Program-made: the position numbers and the translations under genes
The notes under the pieces: generated by a model
What the model was told of the DNA's origin: nothing
The model's input: the letters and a program-made list of their open reading frames with translations, nothing else
Database searches by the model: none
Source of the DNA: Chiloscyllium plagiosum
Taxonomy: Eukaryota
Length of the DNA: 64,000 nucleotides
Assembly (NCBI RefSeq): GCF_004010195.1
Contig: NC_057757.1
Span: 6,035,980 to 6,099,979 of the forward strand
Direction: 5' to 3'
Part shown: positions 12,386 through 24,762 of the stretch, piece by piece
Layout: every line of letters starts with the position of its first letter
How positions within the stretch are numbered: position 1 is the stretch's first letter

Positions 12386-12834
12386 ACCAAGGGAAAACAA
12401 AATGACGCTCAACCTTAAAGTCAGAAGAAATAGTGATAATGACACTGGACTAATAGTCTGGAGCACCCAGTTAATGGGAGCTGGTGGAAGAGAAATTGAA
12501 TTAATTAAATTTACATTGAAAGCAAAATCTAACATTGAAAGCAAGTGAATGAAAACCTATCATTGCTTGTTTTTTAAATAAAAATTCAGCTGGTTCCCTC
12601 TCCTTTTTGGAGAGACAAAGAAAGAAGTAGCTGGGAAAACTCAGCAGCTCCGGCAACATCTGTGGAGAGAAAGCAGAGTTAACGTTCCGGGTCGAGTGAC
12701 CCTTGTTTTGAACTACGGCTGTGGAAATGAGATTTAGCAAACACCTTGTGTCCTTATCTGTTATGACCAAGATGTGACCAATAATGCCCTAATACCCCTT
12801 TTCCCTTCCTGGATGAACTTCCACAATCTGTGCA

Positions 12835-13370
12835 TAGGATTCCTACAGTAAGGAAACAGGCCATTCAGCCCACTGAGTCCACACCACCCCTCCGAACAGC
12901 ATCCCACTCAGACCTGCTCTATCCCTGTACTTTCCATGGCTGATCCACCCTAACCTGCACATCCCTGGGTGCTATGGGTAATTTAGCACGGCCAATCCAC
13001 CCTAATCTGTACATCCCTGGGCACTATGGGTAATTTAGCATGGCCAATCCACCCTAACCTGCACATCCCTGGGCACTATGGGTAATTTAGCACGGCCAAT
13101 CCACCCTAACCTGCACATCCCTGAGCACTATGGGTAATTTAGCACGGCCAATCCATCTAACCTGTACATCCCTGGACACTATGGGTAATTTAGCACGGCC
13201 AATCCACCCTAACATGCACATCCCTGGGCACTATGGGACCATATACTGCAGCCAATCTACTCATCTTTGGACGATGGGAGGAAATCGGAGCATTGGGAGA
13301 AAAACAAACACAGACACGAGGAGAATATCACTGATGCTGGGAGGCAGCAGCGTTAGCCACTGAGCCACTC
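12835..13370 (-). mobile_element. HE1-type SINE with internal 52-bp tandem expansion (~12943-13235)
   Basis: GCCAATCC recurs at 12991, 13043, 13095, 13147 and 13198. Confidence 0.85.
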
Positions 13371-13779
13371 GTGGTAGAGGTCACAGTGAATGTTACATGT
13401 AACAAACTCCACAGTATTGTTCTTTGGTCTTGACTCCCCTCTGAATTAGCCTGAAGCACACTCAGGAATAGGTGATACACCTTGGTCTTGCCACTGACAC
13501 CTCTATCTCACGACTGAGTGGAAAACACATCGACGTGACACATCAGCATGACATTCCGACATGCTGGAATTACAGTCAGCTGTTTATGGTTGGTTTCTGC
13601 TCTTGGCCATTCACCAATACAGAGCCCTCTCATTCATTTGTTTGGCACTCTCCCTGAAGCTGTGTTGACTGTGAATGGAGCCCTATAATTCGGGGCGCTG
13701 ATCCACCACCTCCATATTAACCAAAGGTATCATGACCTACAGCCCCGTGTTGAAGAGTAACCTCTGTTTTACTTAACAG

Positions 13780-13949
13780 GGACTGTGTTAAGATTGTGGA
13801 CCCCATGCCTTACTTCAACAACTGCGTGTATGACATGTGTCAGTTCCAGGGTTTCCAACCACCTCTGTGTGACCAGCTTCAGGCCTACACTGATATCTGT
13901 CTATCTGCCGGAGCCACTGTGCACAACTGGAGGACTCCAGATTTTTGCA
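13780..13949 (+). CDS. Exon 7: C8-1
   Basis: acag|G...TGCA|gtaagt; DCVKIVDPMPYFNNCVYDMCQFQGFQPPLCDQLQAYTDICLSAGATVHNWRTPDFC. Confidence 0.94.
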
Positions 13950-14319
13950 GTAAGTCAGCAGTCATTTTTGTTCCTGGCCGTGAGGAGAGTGTTTCCTGTG
14001 GGTGCTACATCAAAAGGTTACGCAGTGATGTCTTTCCACTTGGGGTGGGGGGGGGGGCGGGGGTTTGGATATTGGCTGATCCCCTGACGTGACTGCAGGG
14101 GAGCCTCAGAACACCGACTTGTGCACTTTCCTAATTACGGAGAGCTGAAACATCCAAAAAGGGCTGCAGCTCCTCCCCCATGTCCTTACTCTGGGGCTTC
14201 CGGTGGGGTGGGGGGGGGAGGGTGCAAGGGTGGGGATGAAGGATTTGTGCAAACGTCCCACAACTCACACCATCTCCAGAATCCGAAACGGGTCTTGTGA
14301 AAGATTCTGAAATGTTGTG

Positions 14320-15385
14320 AAACTTGAAAGGGTTCCAAAACAAATTTACAAGGGTGTCGCTAGGGTTGGAGGGTTTGAGTTAGGGGGGAGAGGGTGAATA
14401 GGCCAAAGTCTTTGCCCCAGGGTCGGGGAGCCCACAACTAGAGGGCGTAGGTTATAGGTGAGAGGGGGAAAGATTTAAAAGGGAGCTAAAGGGGCAACAT
14501 TTTCACGCAGAGGGTGGTGCGTGTATGGAATGTGCTGCCAGAGGAAGTGTTGGAGGCTGGTACAGTTACAACATTTAAAAGGCACCTGGACGGGTGTATG
14601 AATAGCTGAAAAATGTGTTGCTGGAAAAGTGCAGCAGGTCAGGCAGCATCCAAGGAGCAGGAGAATCAACGTTTCGGGCATAAGCCCTTCAACTTTGGGC
14701 TTATACCCGAAACGTCGATTCTCCTGCTCCTTGGATGCTGCCTGACCTGCTGCGCTTTTCCAGCAACGCATTTTTCAGCTCTGATCTCCAGCATCTGCAG
14801 TCCTCACTTTCTCCTGGGTGTATGAATAGGAAGGGTTTGGAGGGATATGGGCCAAGTACTGACAAATGCGACTAGATTAATTTAGGATGTCTGGTTGGCT
14901 TGGATGAGTTGCACCAAAGGGTTTAATTCTGTGCTGTTCATCTGTACGACTGTTATAAGGAGGAGGCTGGATGGACTGGCATCTTTTTTTTTAACTGCAG
15001 CATAGGATGTTGAGGGGTGACCTTATGGAGGTTTATAAAATCATGGGGGACATAGATAAGGTGAATGACAGGATCTTTTCCCTAGGATGGGGGAGTTCAG
15101 AACTTGGGCACCTATATTGAAGGCGAGAGGAGAAACATATAAAAGGGACCTGAGGAGCAACGTCTTCATGCAGAGGGTGGTACGTGTATGGAATGAGCTG
15201 CCAGAGGGAGTGGTAGATGTTGGTGCAGTTACAACATTTAAAAGATCTTTGACCAGGTACATGGATAGGAAGGGTTTATGGGCCAAATGCAGGCAAATGG
15301 GACGAGTTTAGTGTGGGGGATTTGATCGGCACAGACGAGTCGGAGCAGAGGGTCTGTTTCCATGCTGTATGACTCTGTGACTGTT
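14320..15385 (+). mobile_element. Two CR1 3' fragments, the first interrupted by a family A palindrome (14606-14815)
   Basis: FMQRVVRVWNELPEGVV motif; the insert is flanked by TSD GGGTGTATGAATAG. Confidence 0.82.
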
Positions 15386-15741
15386 ATCTTTGCATTTCAA
15401 CCACACCACACTTCGTCCCTGTAAACCTTGGTTAAAAACCCTGTTGCTGGCAGTTTTGAAGATGGTAATAAGTGGCTCAATACCCCCCCCTCATGATGGG
15501 ATAAAATGTTCCTCTGGCAGGTTGAATGTTATGGGATCTCTCCTGTAACTAGAGCCCAGAATCTGTTCTGTAATCTGGGCAGTGTGAGTTCTTGCATACC
15601 ATCACCTATGTGTCTCTTATTAGAGTCATAGAGATGTACAGCACGGAAACAGACCCTTCGGTCCAACCCGTCCATGCCGACCAGATATCCCAACCCAATC
15701 TAGTAAAACAAAAGCTAAACAATATCCACTTTGCTCCGCAG

Positions 15742-15941
15742 CTCCACTCTGCCCGTCAAACTCCCACTACAACGTATGTGCCAGCATTTGCCCAGAGACA
15801 TGTAGCCAACTCAACAGTTCTGACTGTTCAAAGAAATGCATTGAAGGATGTAGCTGTGACCCTGGGTATGTTCTCAGTGACAGTCAGTGTGTCCCCCGCT
15901 CTGACTGTGGATGCTCTGACGATGAAGGCAATTATCACCTG
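15742..15941 (+). CDS. Exon 8: TIL-1
   Basis: gcag|CT...CTG|gtaagt; PLCPSNSHYNVCASICPETCSQLNSSDCSKKCIEGCSCDPGYVLSDSQCVPRSDCGCSDDEGNYHL. Confidence 0.94.
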
Positions 15942-16400
15942 GTAAGTAATCTCTGCTTATAACCAATATCTCACCAATCTCCACTGTCAACAACGACAGA
16001 TCCAGCTTTGGTGACCACCCTGGTAGAATAGCCTGCTCCACTCACTAGCCAGACTTGGGCACAAGTCCGGTTTTGGCACAGAACCACACATAGTAGGTGG
16101 GCAGAGCACAAATCAAAGTGAGGCCAAGGGCCTGAAAGGGTCAACGTTAGAGTGGTGCTGGAAAAGCACAGCAGCATTCGAGGAGCAGGAAAATCGACAT
16201 TTCGGGGGTCAATCTTTTATTTATCCATTGGCTGGGCCCAACGTTTATTGCCCGTCCCTAGTTGCCCCTTGAGAAGGTGGTGGTCAGTTGCCTCTTGAAC
16301 CGCTGCAGTCCGCTTGCTATGGGGTTGACCCACAATTCACTGGGGGGAGGCGCGGGTTCCAGGACTGTGACCCAGCGACCACTAAAGGAACAGCAGTGTA

Positions 16401-16878
16401 CAGGTACACAATCCTTCACCCGAAATCCTTGAGGCCAGTTGTTCTTCGGAATTCGGACTTCTTCGGATTTCGGAATAAATGACATTTTCACAGTGAAATA
16501 ACAAAGAATGACCAAACAGCAGACCCACGTGCGACCAATACCAGTGCTGAGACACAACTGATGCCACGTCTGCGTGATGTGGGTCGAGTGGGTGTGGAGT
16601 TGGGTCACCTGTTCGCACATGGAGAAAGTGAGGACTGCAGATGCTGGAGATCAGAGCTGAAAAATGTGTCGCTGGAAAAGCGCAGCAGGTCAAGGGCTCA
16701 TGCCCGAAACGTCGATTTTCCTGCTCCTTGGAAGCTGCCTGACCTGCTGCGCTTTTCCAGCAACACATTTTTCACCTGTTCGCACGCCAAACAACCCTGT
16801 TATGCAGAAAACCACTTCGCAAGAAAAGCCTCAGATTTCGGAGCTTTTTGGAATTTCGGATAAAGGATTGTGTACCTG
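16401..16878. mobile_element. Tc1/mariner-superfamily (Tigger/pogo-like) MITE containing a family A insert (16619-16771)
   Basis: ~26-bp TIR CAGGTACACAATCCTT..., TA on both sides; inner insert flanked by TCACCTGTTCGCAC. Confidence 0.85.
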
Positions 16879-17510
16879 TATTTCCAAATCGGGATGAAGA
16901 GTGGCTTGGAGGAGATCTTGAAGGTGGTGTTCCCATGTATCTGCTGCCCTTGTCCTTCTAGATGGAAGTAGTTGGGGGTTTGGAAGGTGCTGTCTGAGGA
17001 CCTTTGGTGACCGTTGGTAAAGTGTGATCTAGTGTCTATAGCAAGAGATCTGGGTTCGAAACCCACCCTCCCCATAGAGTGCGACATAATATGTTAGCCA
17101 AAATTAATTACAAATTTATGTATGCAAAGGAATTACTTTTGCAAAACAGTAGGATGCACTCACACGAACAGCCAACTGTTAGAAGGGGGCCCCATAATAA
17201 AAATAATAGAAACACTGAAAGAAAACCCAAAATTAAACTGAAATATTATTTCCGAGGCTACACAGGAACAAAGGTAGATCATTCTTGCGCCTGTTCCACC
17301 ATTTGATGAGATCATAGCCTTAACTCGACGTACTCCATGAATCCCTAATAGTTACACTTCCCAAAAAAAAGTCTATCTCAGATTTAAAACTAACAACGCT
17401 GTGTTGCGAGTGCTCATATAGAGGTCACTATAACTCCAATGGGCCAAATGGCCTCCTTCCGCACTTTAGTAAGTTCTGTGGCTAATGTCGGAGCGTCTGT
17501 CCACTTGCAG

Positions 17511-17652
17511 ATCAATGAGTCTTGGTACTTATCAGGCTGCGGCAAGAAATGTACCTGCGCCAGTCCAAAGAACGTCTTCTGTCAGGATGCGGGTTGCTCG
17601 CCATCGGAGGTGTGCAAGCTGCTGGGCGGAGTTTATGGCTGCCACTCAAAGG
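17511..17652 (+). CDS. Exon 9: TILa-1
   Basis: gcag|ATC...AAGG|gtaaga; INESWYLSGCGKKCTCASPKNVFCQDAGCSPSEVCKLLGGVYGCHSK. Confidence 0.93.
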
Positions 17653-18830
17653 GTAAGACTTTCCACGTTCATTCTGGGGGGCATCAGCCTCGCTGGTAGG
17701 CCGGGATTCATCGCCCAGTCACGACCACATTGGTGTGGAGGACTGTGAAGGCTGAGGCTGGGTAATGATGGGAATTTCCTCCCAAGGATACCCGTCGAGC
17801 TGTTGGAGTTCTGAGTACAGACCAATAGCTTTACACTTACAAACATTTTTCTTCTGAAAGAAGCCGCATTCAAGTTCTCAGTTTTCCAGGGTAACTCCCA
17901 TTCTCAGCAACCCCAAATCTACAGTTACTGCGCCGTTATTTTCATTCTTTGAAGGCATCGCATCTCTTACTCACGGCGAATCGCCCTTTCTCAGCACGTG
18001 GCTCTGGGTCTGGAGTCACGTGTAGGCCAGACTGGGTAAGGATGTCAGATTTCATTCCCTAAAGGGCGTGAGTGGACTAGATGGTTTTTGACATCGTTGC
18101 AGTGGTCACCATCACCGAGACTCTAGATTGAAACGTGGCGCCAAGTTAACTCTTAATAATTGGAGCCTGCTACCAGGGTGAGATTTGAACTCATGTTCCC
18201 AGGGTATTAACCTGGATTTACCAATCCAGTGACAGTAGAACTATCAATCATTGGAGAACATCACGCCTGGGATCAATCTTAGATGAGAGCAGAACAGCAA
18301 CGATCCCTTTGTCTGTTGATTCCAGTTTACAAGCCATACTCCTCAGGTTTCAGGCCTGGGGCTGACTGGTACTTAGCTGATCAGCCCCTTGTTGACGCTG
18401 GCAGTCCTTGATGGGTGCTCTTGAAGCATCTTTACCAGGGTATTCTGCCGTGTCATTGCTCATGGCGACCTTGTGTGACAGGAAGTGGGCGTGGCATTCA
18501 CAGGAAGTTGGATTGCCAACTATCCAGGCCTCACCCTGGAGGGCTCCAGGATGAATTGTGAAACTCTCCCACGCTGGTGTTGGCAATTCAGGACAGGAAT
18601 GCTAGAAGATAACGATATTTCAACCTCCTTCCAATTCTCTCTGAGCAGTTCAGCAGGAAGTGGGGTGCAATGCAACAGGAAGTGACATAAAGGCCTCCTA
18701 CATATTAAGTGACTGTCCAACCACAGGGAAACCCACCCCATCCTTTGACTCACTACAATTGCCATCTGTAACAGAAGACTGACCAAACCCCCCCTCCCCC
18801 TCCCCCGTTGTCTGTGCTGTTTTCCAACAG

Positions 18831-19078
18831 GCCATGAAACATGCAGCGCCTCAGGGGACCCCCACTACAAGACGTTCGACAAGCTCTCGTACAACTTCAT
18901 GGGGAACTGCACTTACACCTTCTCCAAGCTCTGCAACGCCTCGTCCGACCTGCCCAACTTCAACGTGGAGACCACAAACGAGCACCGAGGCAAGAACACG
19001 CGGGTCTCCTACGTCAAGGCCGTTCACGTTGACGTCCACGGTCTCAACGTGACCATAATGAAGAACCGAAAAGTCATT
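18831..19078 (+). CDS. Exon 10: start of VWD2
   Basis: acag|GC...ATT|gtgagt; HETCSASGDPHYKTFDKLSYNFMGNCTYTFSKLC...MKNRKVI. Confidence 0.94.
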
Positions 19079-19322
19079 GTGAGTACCTCGGGGGTCCTTG
19101 CTGCTTGCTCAGTTCCCTGCTGTTGGTTGCCGTCCAGTCTGATCCATTCTCACACACGTGAGATCACCTCTGTCACCCGACACTTTACGAGAGAGAATGT
19201 GGGAAATGTGGCCTCAATTTGCACACAGCAAGTCCCCACACACAGTAATGAGCAGACAGTCCTTCTTTTTGAAGGGACATTGATTGAAAATTAAGTATTG
19301 TTCAGCCACACAGGAGAGAATT

Positions 19323-19660
19323 CGGCACGGTGGCTAAGTGGTCAGCACTGCTGCCTCACACCGCCAGGGACCCGGGTTCGATTCTGCCCTCGGATGACTG
19401 GCTGGGTGGAGTTTGCACATTCTCCCCTGTGTCTGCGTGGGTTTGCTCCGGTTTCCTCCCACAATCTAAAGATGTGCAGGTTAGGGTGGATTGGCCGTGC
19501 CAAATTTCCATTAATGTCCAGGGATGTGCAAGCCTGGTGGGTTAGTCATGGGAAATGCGGGGAGAAGGGAGGATCTGGGTGGGATGCTCTTCAGAGGGTC
19601 GGTGTGGACTCAATGGGCAGAATGGCCTGCCTCTACACTATAGGGGTTCTATGATTCTAA
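19323..19660 (+). mobile_element. HE1-type V-SINE
   Basis: Head, V core and tail present. Confidence 0.87.
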
Positions 19661-20026
19661 CTCTTCTGGTCTTAGAAGAGTTATAGCACAGAAGGAGACC
19701 ATTCAGCCCATCATGTGTGCACGTGCACTCCTTGTAGAGCAACACATCTCATCCATTTGGGTTTCAGAAGTTACTCATCAGATGATGACCCACTTGGAAA
19801 CCTGCCTCTGCCTCACTCTGGAGGCGAACCACTCACTGGAACCAAAACCTCTTCCTCATGTCGCCATTGTTTCTATTTGCCAATCGCCTCAGAATCTGTG
19901 TCGCTCTGGTTTTCAGACTCTCTGCCCAAGGGAACAGTTTCTCCCTCTCTAATGTGTGCCCAGGGGATGAGGAAGTGGGCCCTCTGATCACCTTCCTTAC
20001 GGCGTCTCCCCTCCTCTCTCTTGCAG

Positions 20027-20204
20027 CTAAACGGACGGCTGGTCAACACGCCCATCCTCTTTGATGACAAGCTGGAGATCCGCATCAGCGGCCGTTACGT
20101 CTCCCTGGAGACGGACTTCGGCCTGAGGGTGCGCTACGACGGGAACCATCATGTTGACGTCACCGTCCCCTCTTCCTATGAAGGAGAGCTGTGCGGCCTC
20201 TGTG
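20027..20204 (+). CDS. Exon 11: VWD2
   Basis: gcag|CTA...TGTG|gtaaga; LNGRLVNTP...TDFGLRVRYDGNHHVDVTVPSSYEGELCGLC. Confidence 0.94.
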
Positions 20205-20539
20205 GTAAGAGATAAACGGGAGGTTCCACCTGCTCTGACGCAGGGCTGAGCGGTGAGGACTTGTCTCAAGAGAAGCCGGTTAAGGTGGTTAAAGGATTAC
20301 ATGGGATGCGTAGAGAGAGAATATCTCTGTTTGGACGGATGGACCTAGAACAAGGTCGGGTCTTAGGGTCAGGCTGTTTGGATGGGGAGAGAGTCATTCC
20401 TTCACCCCAAGGAGTGTGGCAATCCCAAACCCCCTCGCCCATAAACGTAGAGGCCAAGAGAAAATGCCAAAACCAAGAGGGCTGGAGTTACGTGTGACAT
20501 GGGATATAGAATGAAGGTGGCTGGATCATTATAATACAG

Positions 20540-20750
20540 GCGAAAGTGAGGGCTGCAGATGCTGGAGATCAGAGTCGAGAGTGTGGTGCTGGAAAAGCGC
20601 AGCAGGTCAGGCAGCAGCCGAGGAGCAGGAGAGTCGACGTTTCAGGCATAATTCCTGATGAAGGGCTCGAGCCCGAAACGTCGATTCTCCTGCTCCTGGG
20701 ATGCTGCCTGACCTGCTGTGCTTTTCCAGCACCACTCTCTCGACTCTGAT
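20540..20750. mobile_element. Family A palindrome with hammerhead core on + strand (20655-20682)
   Basis: CTGATGA-a-gggc-tcga-gccc-GAAACGTC. Confidence 0.75.
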
Positions 20751-20767
20751 CGTGAACAAAGTGCAGC

Positions 20768-21606
20768 TGTTATGGACCAGCCCTTCAATACATTTTAAGA
20801 AGGTGGCCAAGGTAGGTGTGAATTGTGTGTTGCAGATATATTGCGACTGGTCAAACTACTCAATGTTAAGCAAAACACCATTTATTTAAATGCTGTAGTT
20901 AAAATGTAAACAAAAGATAGATGAACTTAGAACAACCTAACTTCTGGAAGACTTAACTGAATAATAGACACAGCACCTTTTACTAATTAACTGCTCCAAC
21001 ACATCCCACAAACACACCACTTGGCAAAAAGGCAAATTCAGATATAGATTCTTGCATGCAGTTCTCCAATTCAGGAGGAAACAGCATCAAGAGAGATTCC
21101 AGACAAAATAGCAGCTAGGAATCATTCAGTGAAGGTCCCAATACTTCTGGGATCCCAAGTAGCTTCTGACTGAGCGAGTTTTGAGAAGATGTGTAGCTCA
21201 GGTTGAGGTTCTGGATGTGGGTTTGCTCACTGAGATGGAAGGTTCATTTCCAGACATTTAAATAGAAAGCAGGAACTATCAGCAATGCTTCGCCTGAGGC
21301 CCACTGAAGATGTTACCTAATAGGGTGACGAAACGTCTGGAAATGAACCTTCCAGCTCAGCAAACAAACCTACATCCAGAGCATCTGACTGTTACAGCTA
21401 AAACAAAAAAACAAGAAAACCTGTTCTGTGAGAGCTGTCCACACCCATTAAAGCTGTTTCTATTGTTTAAACTTTTTTTAAAAAACTGAAAGGCCTCTTA
21501 TGTTGTTTACTTAAGACTTCTTCAGCAGCTAGTTCAGCCTTTAATTACTCTCCGAAAAAAGACACCCAGGGCAAAATAACCTTCTTAAAGTGACAGCCTC
21601 ATCACA
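20768..21606. mobile_element. Solo LTR carrying a Penelope family C insert (21173-21379)
   Basis: TGT...ACA termini, 4-bp TSD CAGC, similar to 38959-39603; the insert has cca-CTGAAGA-t-gttacc-taatag-ggtgac-GAAACGTC-tgg. Confidence 0.82.
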
Positions 21607-22744
21607 CAGCCATTGGTGTGAGCACTAGTGGACGAAACTCTGCCATTCAATCGATGGGACATGTTATGAGGAAGCTACTGGTCACCTCCTTTCACCCTCT
21701 GGGTGACCTTCCTGTGGATGGTGGGATTATTTTCATAGAATCCCTAGAGTTTGGAAACAGGCCATTCGGCCCACCAAGTCCACACCGACCCTCTGAAGAG
21801 TAACCCACCTTATCCATTCCCCTCCCCAATGGACGGGTTGGACCAAAGGGTCTGTTTCTGTGCTGTTCATCTCGATGACTCTCTGGGCAAAGACATTTCT
21901 CTTGTGCTGATGTCCTTCAGAGAAGGAACTCTGGTCTCCTTACCCTGTCTGGCCTACACGTGACGTTAGACCCACATCGATGCGGTTGCCTCGTAACCGG
22001 TCTCGGAAATGGCCCGAGCAAGGCTCTCAGCTCAAAGGGCTGTGAGGGATTGACTACAAGTTGTGGCCTTGCCCAGCAGGGCCTCCATCACACAGAAGAC
22101 TATAAAAGGAAGATTCTCTACTTTTGCTCTTCCTCACATCCTCTCTCCAACCATCCCTCCGAGAGGAAAGGGCCCTAGTCACTTGCTGGTAGTCACAACA
22201 ATTCAGCTCAGGCATCACCTTTGTAAATTCTTTCTCTGCCCCTTCTCCACTGCCATGAGAAGTTGCACTAAGGAAGATTCTTTTGTCAGACGTCAGACAG
22301 CCAAATCCCAAGACAGAACCAACCAATTGAAATGGGGCTCCTCTTTTAACTAGGCCTCTATCTCTTGTAGGCCTTGATCTGAACATCACTTTTATGGCAG
22401 GTTGTGGGGCGGTCGGGGGTGGGGGGGTGGGGGGGGGGGGGGGGGGGGGTGGGGNNNNNNNNNNNNNNNNNNNNNNNNNNNNNNNNNNNNNNNNNNNNNN
22501 NNNNNAGGTGAGTGTTCCCTCACCCCCGCTCGATGACCCCAGCAATGCAAGCTCCGTCCAGTGGAACCTACACCTGGTGGTGCCCCGTCCAATGGCTCTG
22601 GCCTCTGCCGGGGCATCAAGGCGAGAAACGTCGGCCCATTTACACCTCTCCCAGTAACTGCATCCTGGCCGGTCCTTCCTCGGTTGCGCCTCGCTGCCTA
22701 CGGGCCCAGTGACTAACACTAGGCCCTGCTGTTCCCGAATGCAG

Positions 22745-22853
22745 GTAACTACAACGGAGACCATTCTGATGACAAACGCAAGCCCAACGGTGACATCACC
22801 AGCAGCTCTACTGAATTTGGGGCCAGTTGGCTGGTATCAGACCCGGACACTGA
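22745..22853 (+). CDS. Exon 12: end of VWD2
   Basis: gcag|GT...GA|gtaagt; GNYNGDHSDDKRKPNGDITSSSTEFGASWLVSDPDTE. Confidence 0.92.
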
Positions 22854-23400
22854 GTAAGTGCACTTTTTAATTTACTTATTGGATAACAGCCTGGCTAACG
22901 CTGCATTTTTCCCTTTGCTGATGCTTCTCAATTTCCAGTTAATACATCTCATTTTTAGACATGGCTCACCCCTCCCCCCACCAGATCCGACAGTTAGTCC
23001 ATGACCCAACGTATGAATCTAGTTAATGTCTACTCTTGCTAATCAGTAAGTTTGACTCAGCGACCCGTTAAGAAATGCAATATCAGCTGATCTCCTGTGT
23101 CCCACACTGAAGCCCCACACAACTATGTTACACATATAGAACCCTGCAGAGCAGAAGGAGGCCATTTGACCCATCCTGCCCGTACTGGCTCTCGGGACCC
23201 CTCTGATTATCCCCTCTCTGTGTTCTTTCTCCAAGTCCCTGCAGTTTCTTTTGCAAGTACTCCCCGCAGAGAGCTCCTCACAAATCTACTTCCCATGCTC
23301 TTACTGTTCTGCATTTTAAAATCCCGTCAAGTGTTTTTCGAAAGAAAATTAATCTCCTCAGGGACCGACTGTTGAGGACTGGGATGAGGAGAATCTTTAG

Positions 23401-24110
23401 GAGAAAGTCAGAACTGCAGATGCTGGAGACCAGAGTTGAAAAGTGTGGTGCTGGAAAAGCGAAGCAGGCCAGGCAGCATCCGAGGAGCAGGAGAATCGAT
23501 CGGGTGCAGTGGATACAGTAAATGGTGTGTGTGGAGGTGCAGGTGAATTTGCGACAGATATGGAAGGATCCATTGGGGCCTTGGAAGGAGCTGAGGTGGG
23601 TTCTCCTGCTCCTCGGATGCTGCCTGGCCTACTGCACTTTTCCAGCACCACACTTTTCAACTGAGGGGAATCTTTAGACAGAAGTGGGTCTGCTGCAGAT
23701 GCTGGAGATCAGAGTCAAGATTAGAGTGTGGTGTGCTGGAAAAGCACAGCAGGTCAGGCAGCATCCGAGGAGCAGGAAAATCGACGTTTCGGGCAAAAGC
23801 CCTTCATCAGGAATTTTGCCCGAAACGTCGATTTTCCTGCTCCTCGGATGCTGCCTGACCTGCTGTGCTTTTCCAGCACCACTCTCATCTTGAAGAGAAT
23901 CTTTGCAATTCTCTCCACAAGAGGACTGTAGATGCTCCATCTTTGAATATGTTTAAGACTGGCTTTTGCCCGAAACGTCGATTTTCCTGCTCCTCGGATG
24001 CTGCCTGACCTGCTGTGCTTTTCCAGCACCGCTCTCATCTTGAAGAGAACCTTTGCAATTCTCTCCACAAGAGGACTGTAGATGCTCCATCTTTGAATAT
24101 GTTTAAGACT
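23401..24110. mobile_element. Cluster of family A palindromes including a 150-bp tandem duplication
   Basis: Inverted arms; - strand hammerhead core at 23781-23811; CGAAACGTCG repeated at 23821 and 23971. Confidence 0.75.
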
Positions 24111-24330
24111 GGGATTGGCAGAGTTTTGGTCTCTCGAGGTATTGAGGAAGTATAGGGAGCAGGGAGGAGAGGGGAGTTGAACCCAACATCAGCAAATTGA
24201 ATGGTACAGCATGCTTGATGGGCCAACTAGTCCATTCTAGCGCCTACTTCCTAGACCAAAATGGTCCACTCTGTCTCTATTTCTTGTGATCTTGAATTCC
24301 TCTTCAATCTTTGGCCAATTAGCTTATATC

Positions 24331-24762
24331 AAGCTTTGAGAAGATTTGTAGCTCAGGTTGAGGTTCTGGATGTAGGTTTGCTCGCTGAGCTGGAAGGTTC
24401 ATTTCCAGACGTTTCGCCACCCTACTAGTGGGCCTCCAGACGAAGCTGATTCCTGCTTTCTATTTATATGTTTGGGTTTCTTTGGGCTGGTGAGGTCATT
24501 TCCTGCTGCAATGTCATTTCCTGTGGTGATGTCATTTCCTCTTCTTCTTCTCAGGGGGTGGTAGATGGGGTCTAACTCGATGCGTTTGTTGATAGAGTTC
24601 CGGATGGAATGCTATGCTTCTAGGAATTCTCGTGCGTGTCTCTGTTTGGCTTGTCCTAGGATGGATGTGTTGTCCCAGTCGAAGTGGTGTCCTTCCTCAT
24701 CCATATGTGAGGACTAGTGAGAGAGGGTCATGTTGTTTGGTGGTTAGTTGGTGTTCATGTAT
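24331..24762 (-). mobile_element. Penelope (Poseidon-like) 3' fragment: GIY-YIG C-terminus plus terminal repeat (family C)
   Basis: - strand IHEHQLTTKQHDPLSLV/SHMDEEGHHFDWDNTSILGQAKQRHAREFLEA*HSIRNSINKRIELDPIY; 16-bp TSD CCAATTAGCTTATATC. Confidence 0.85.
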
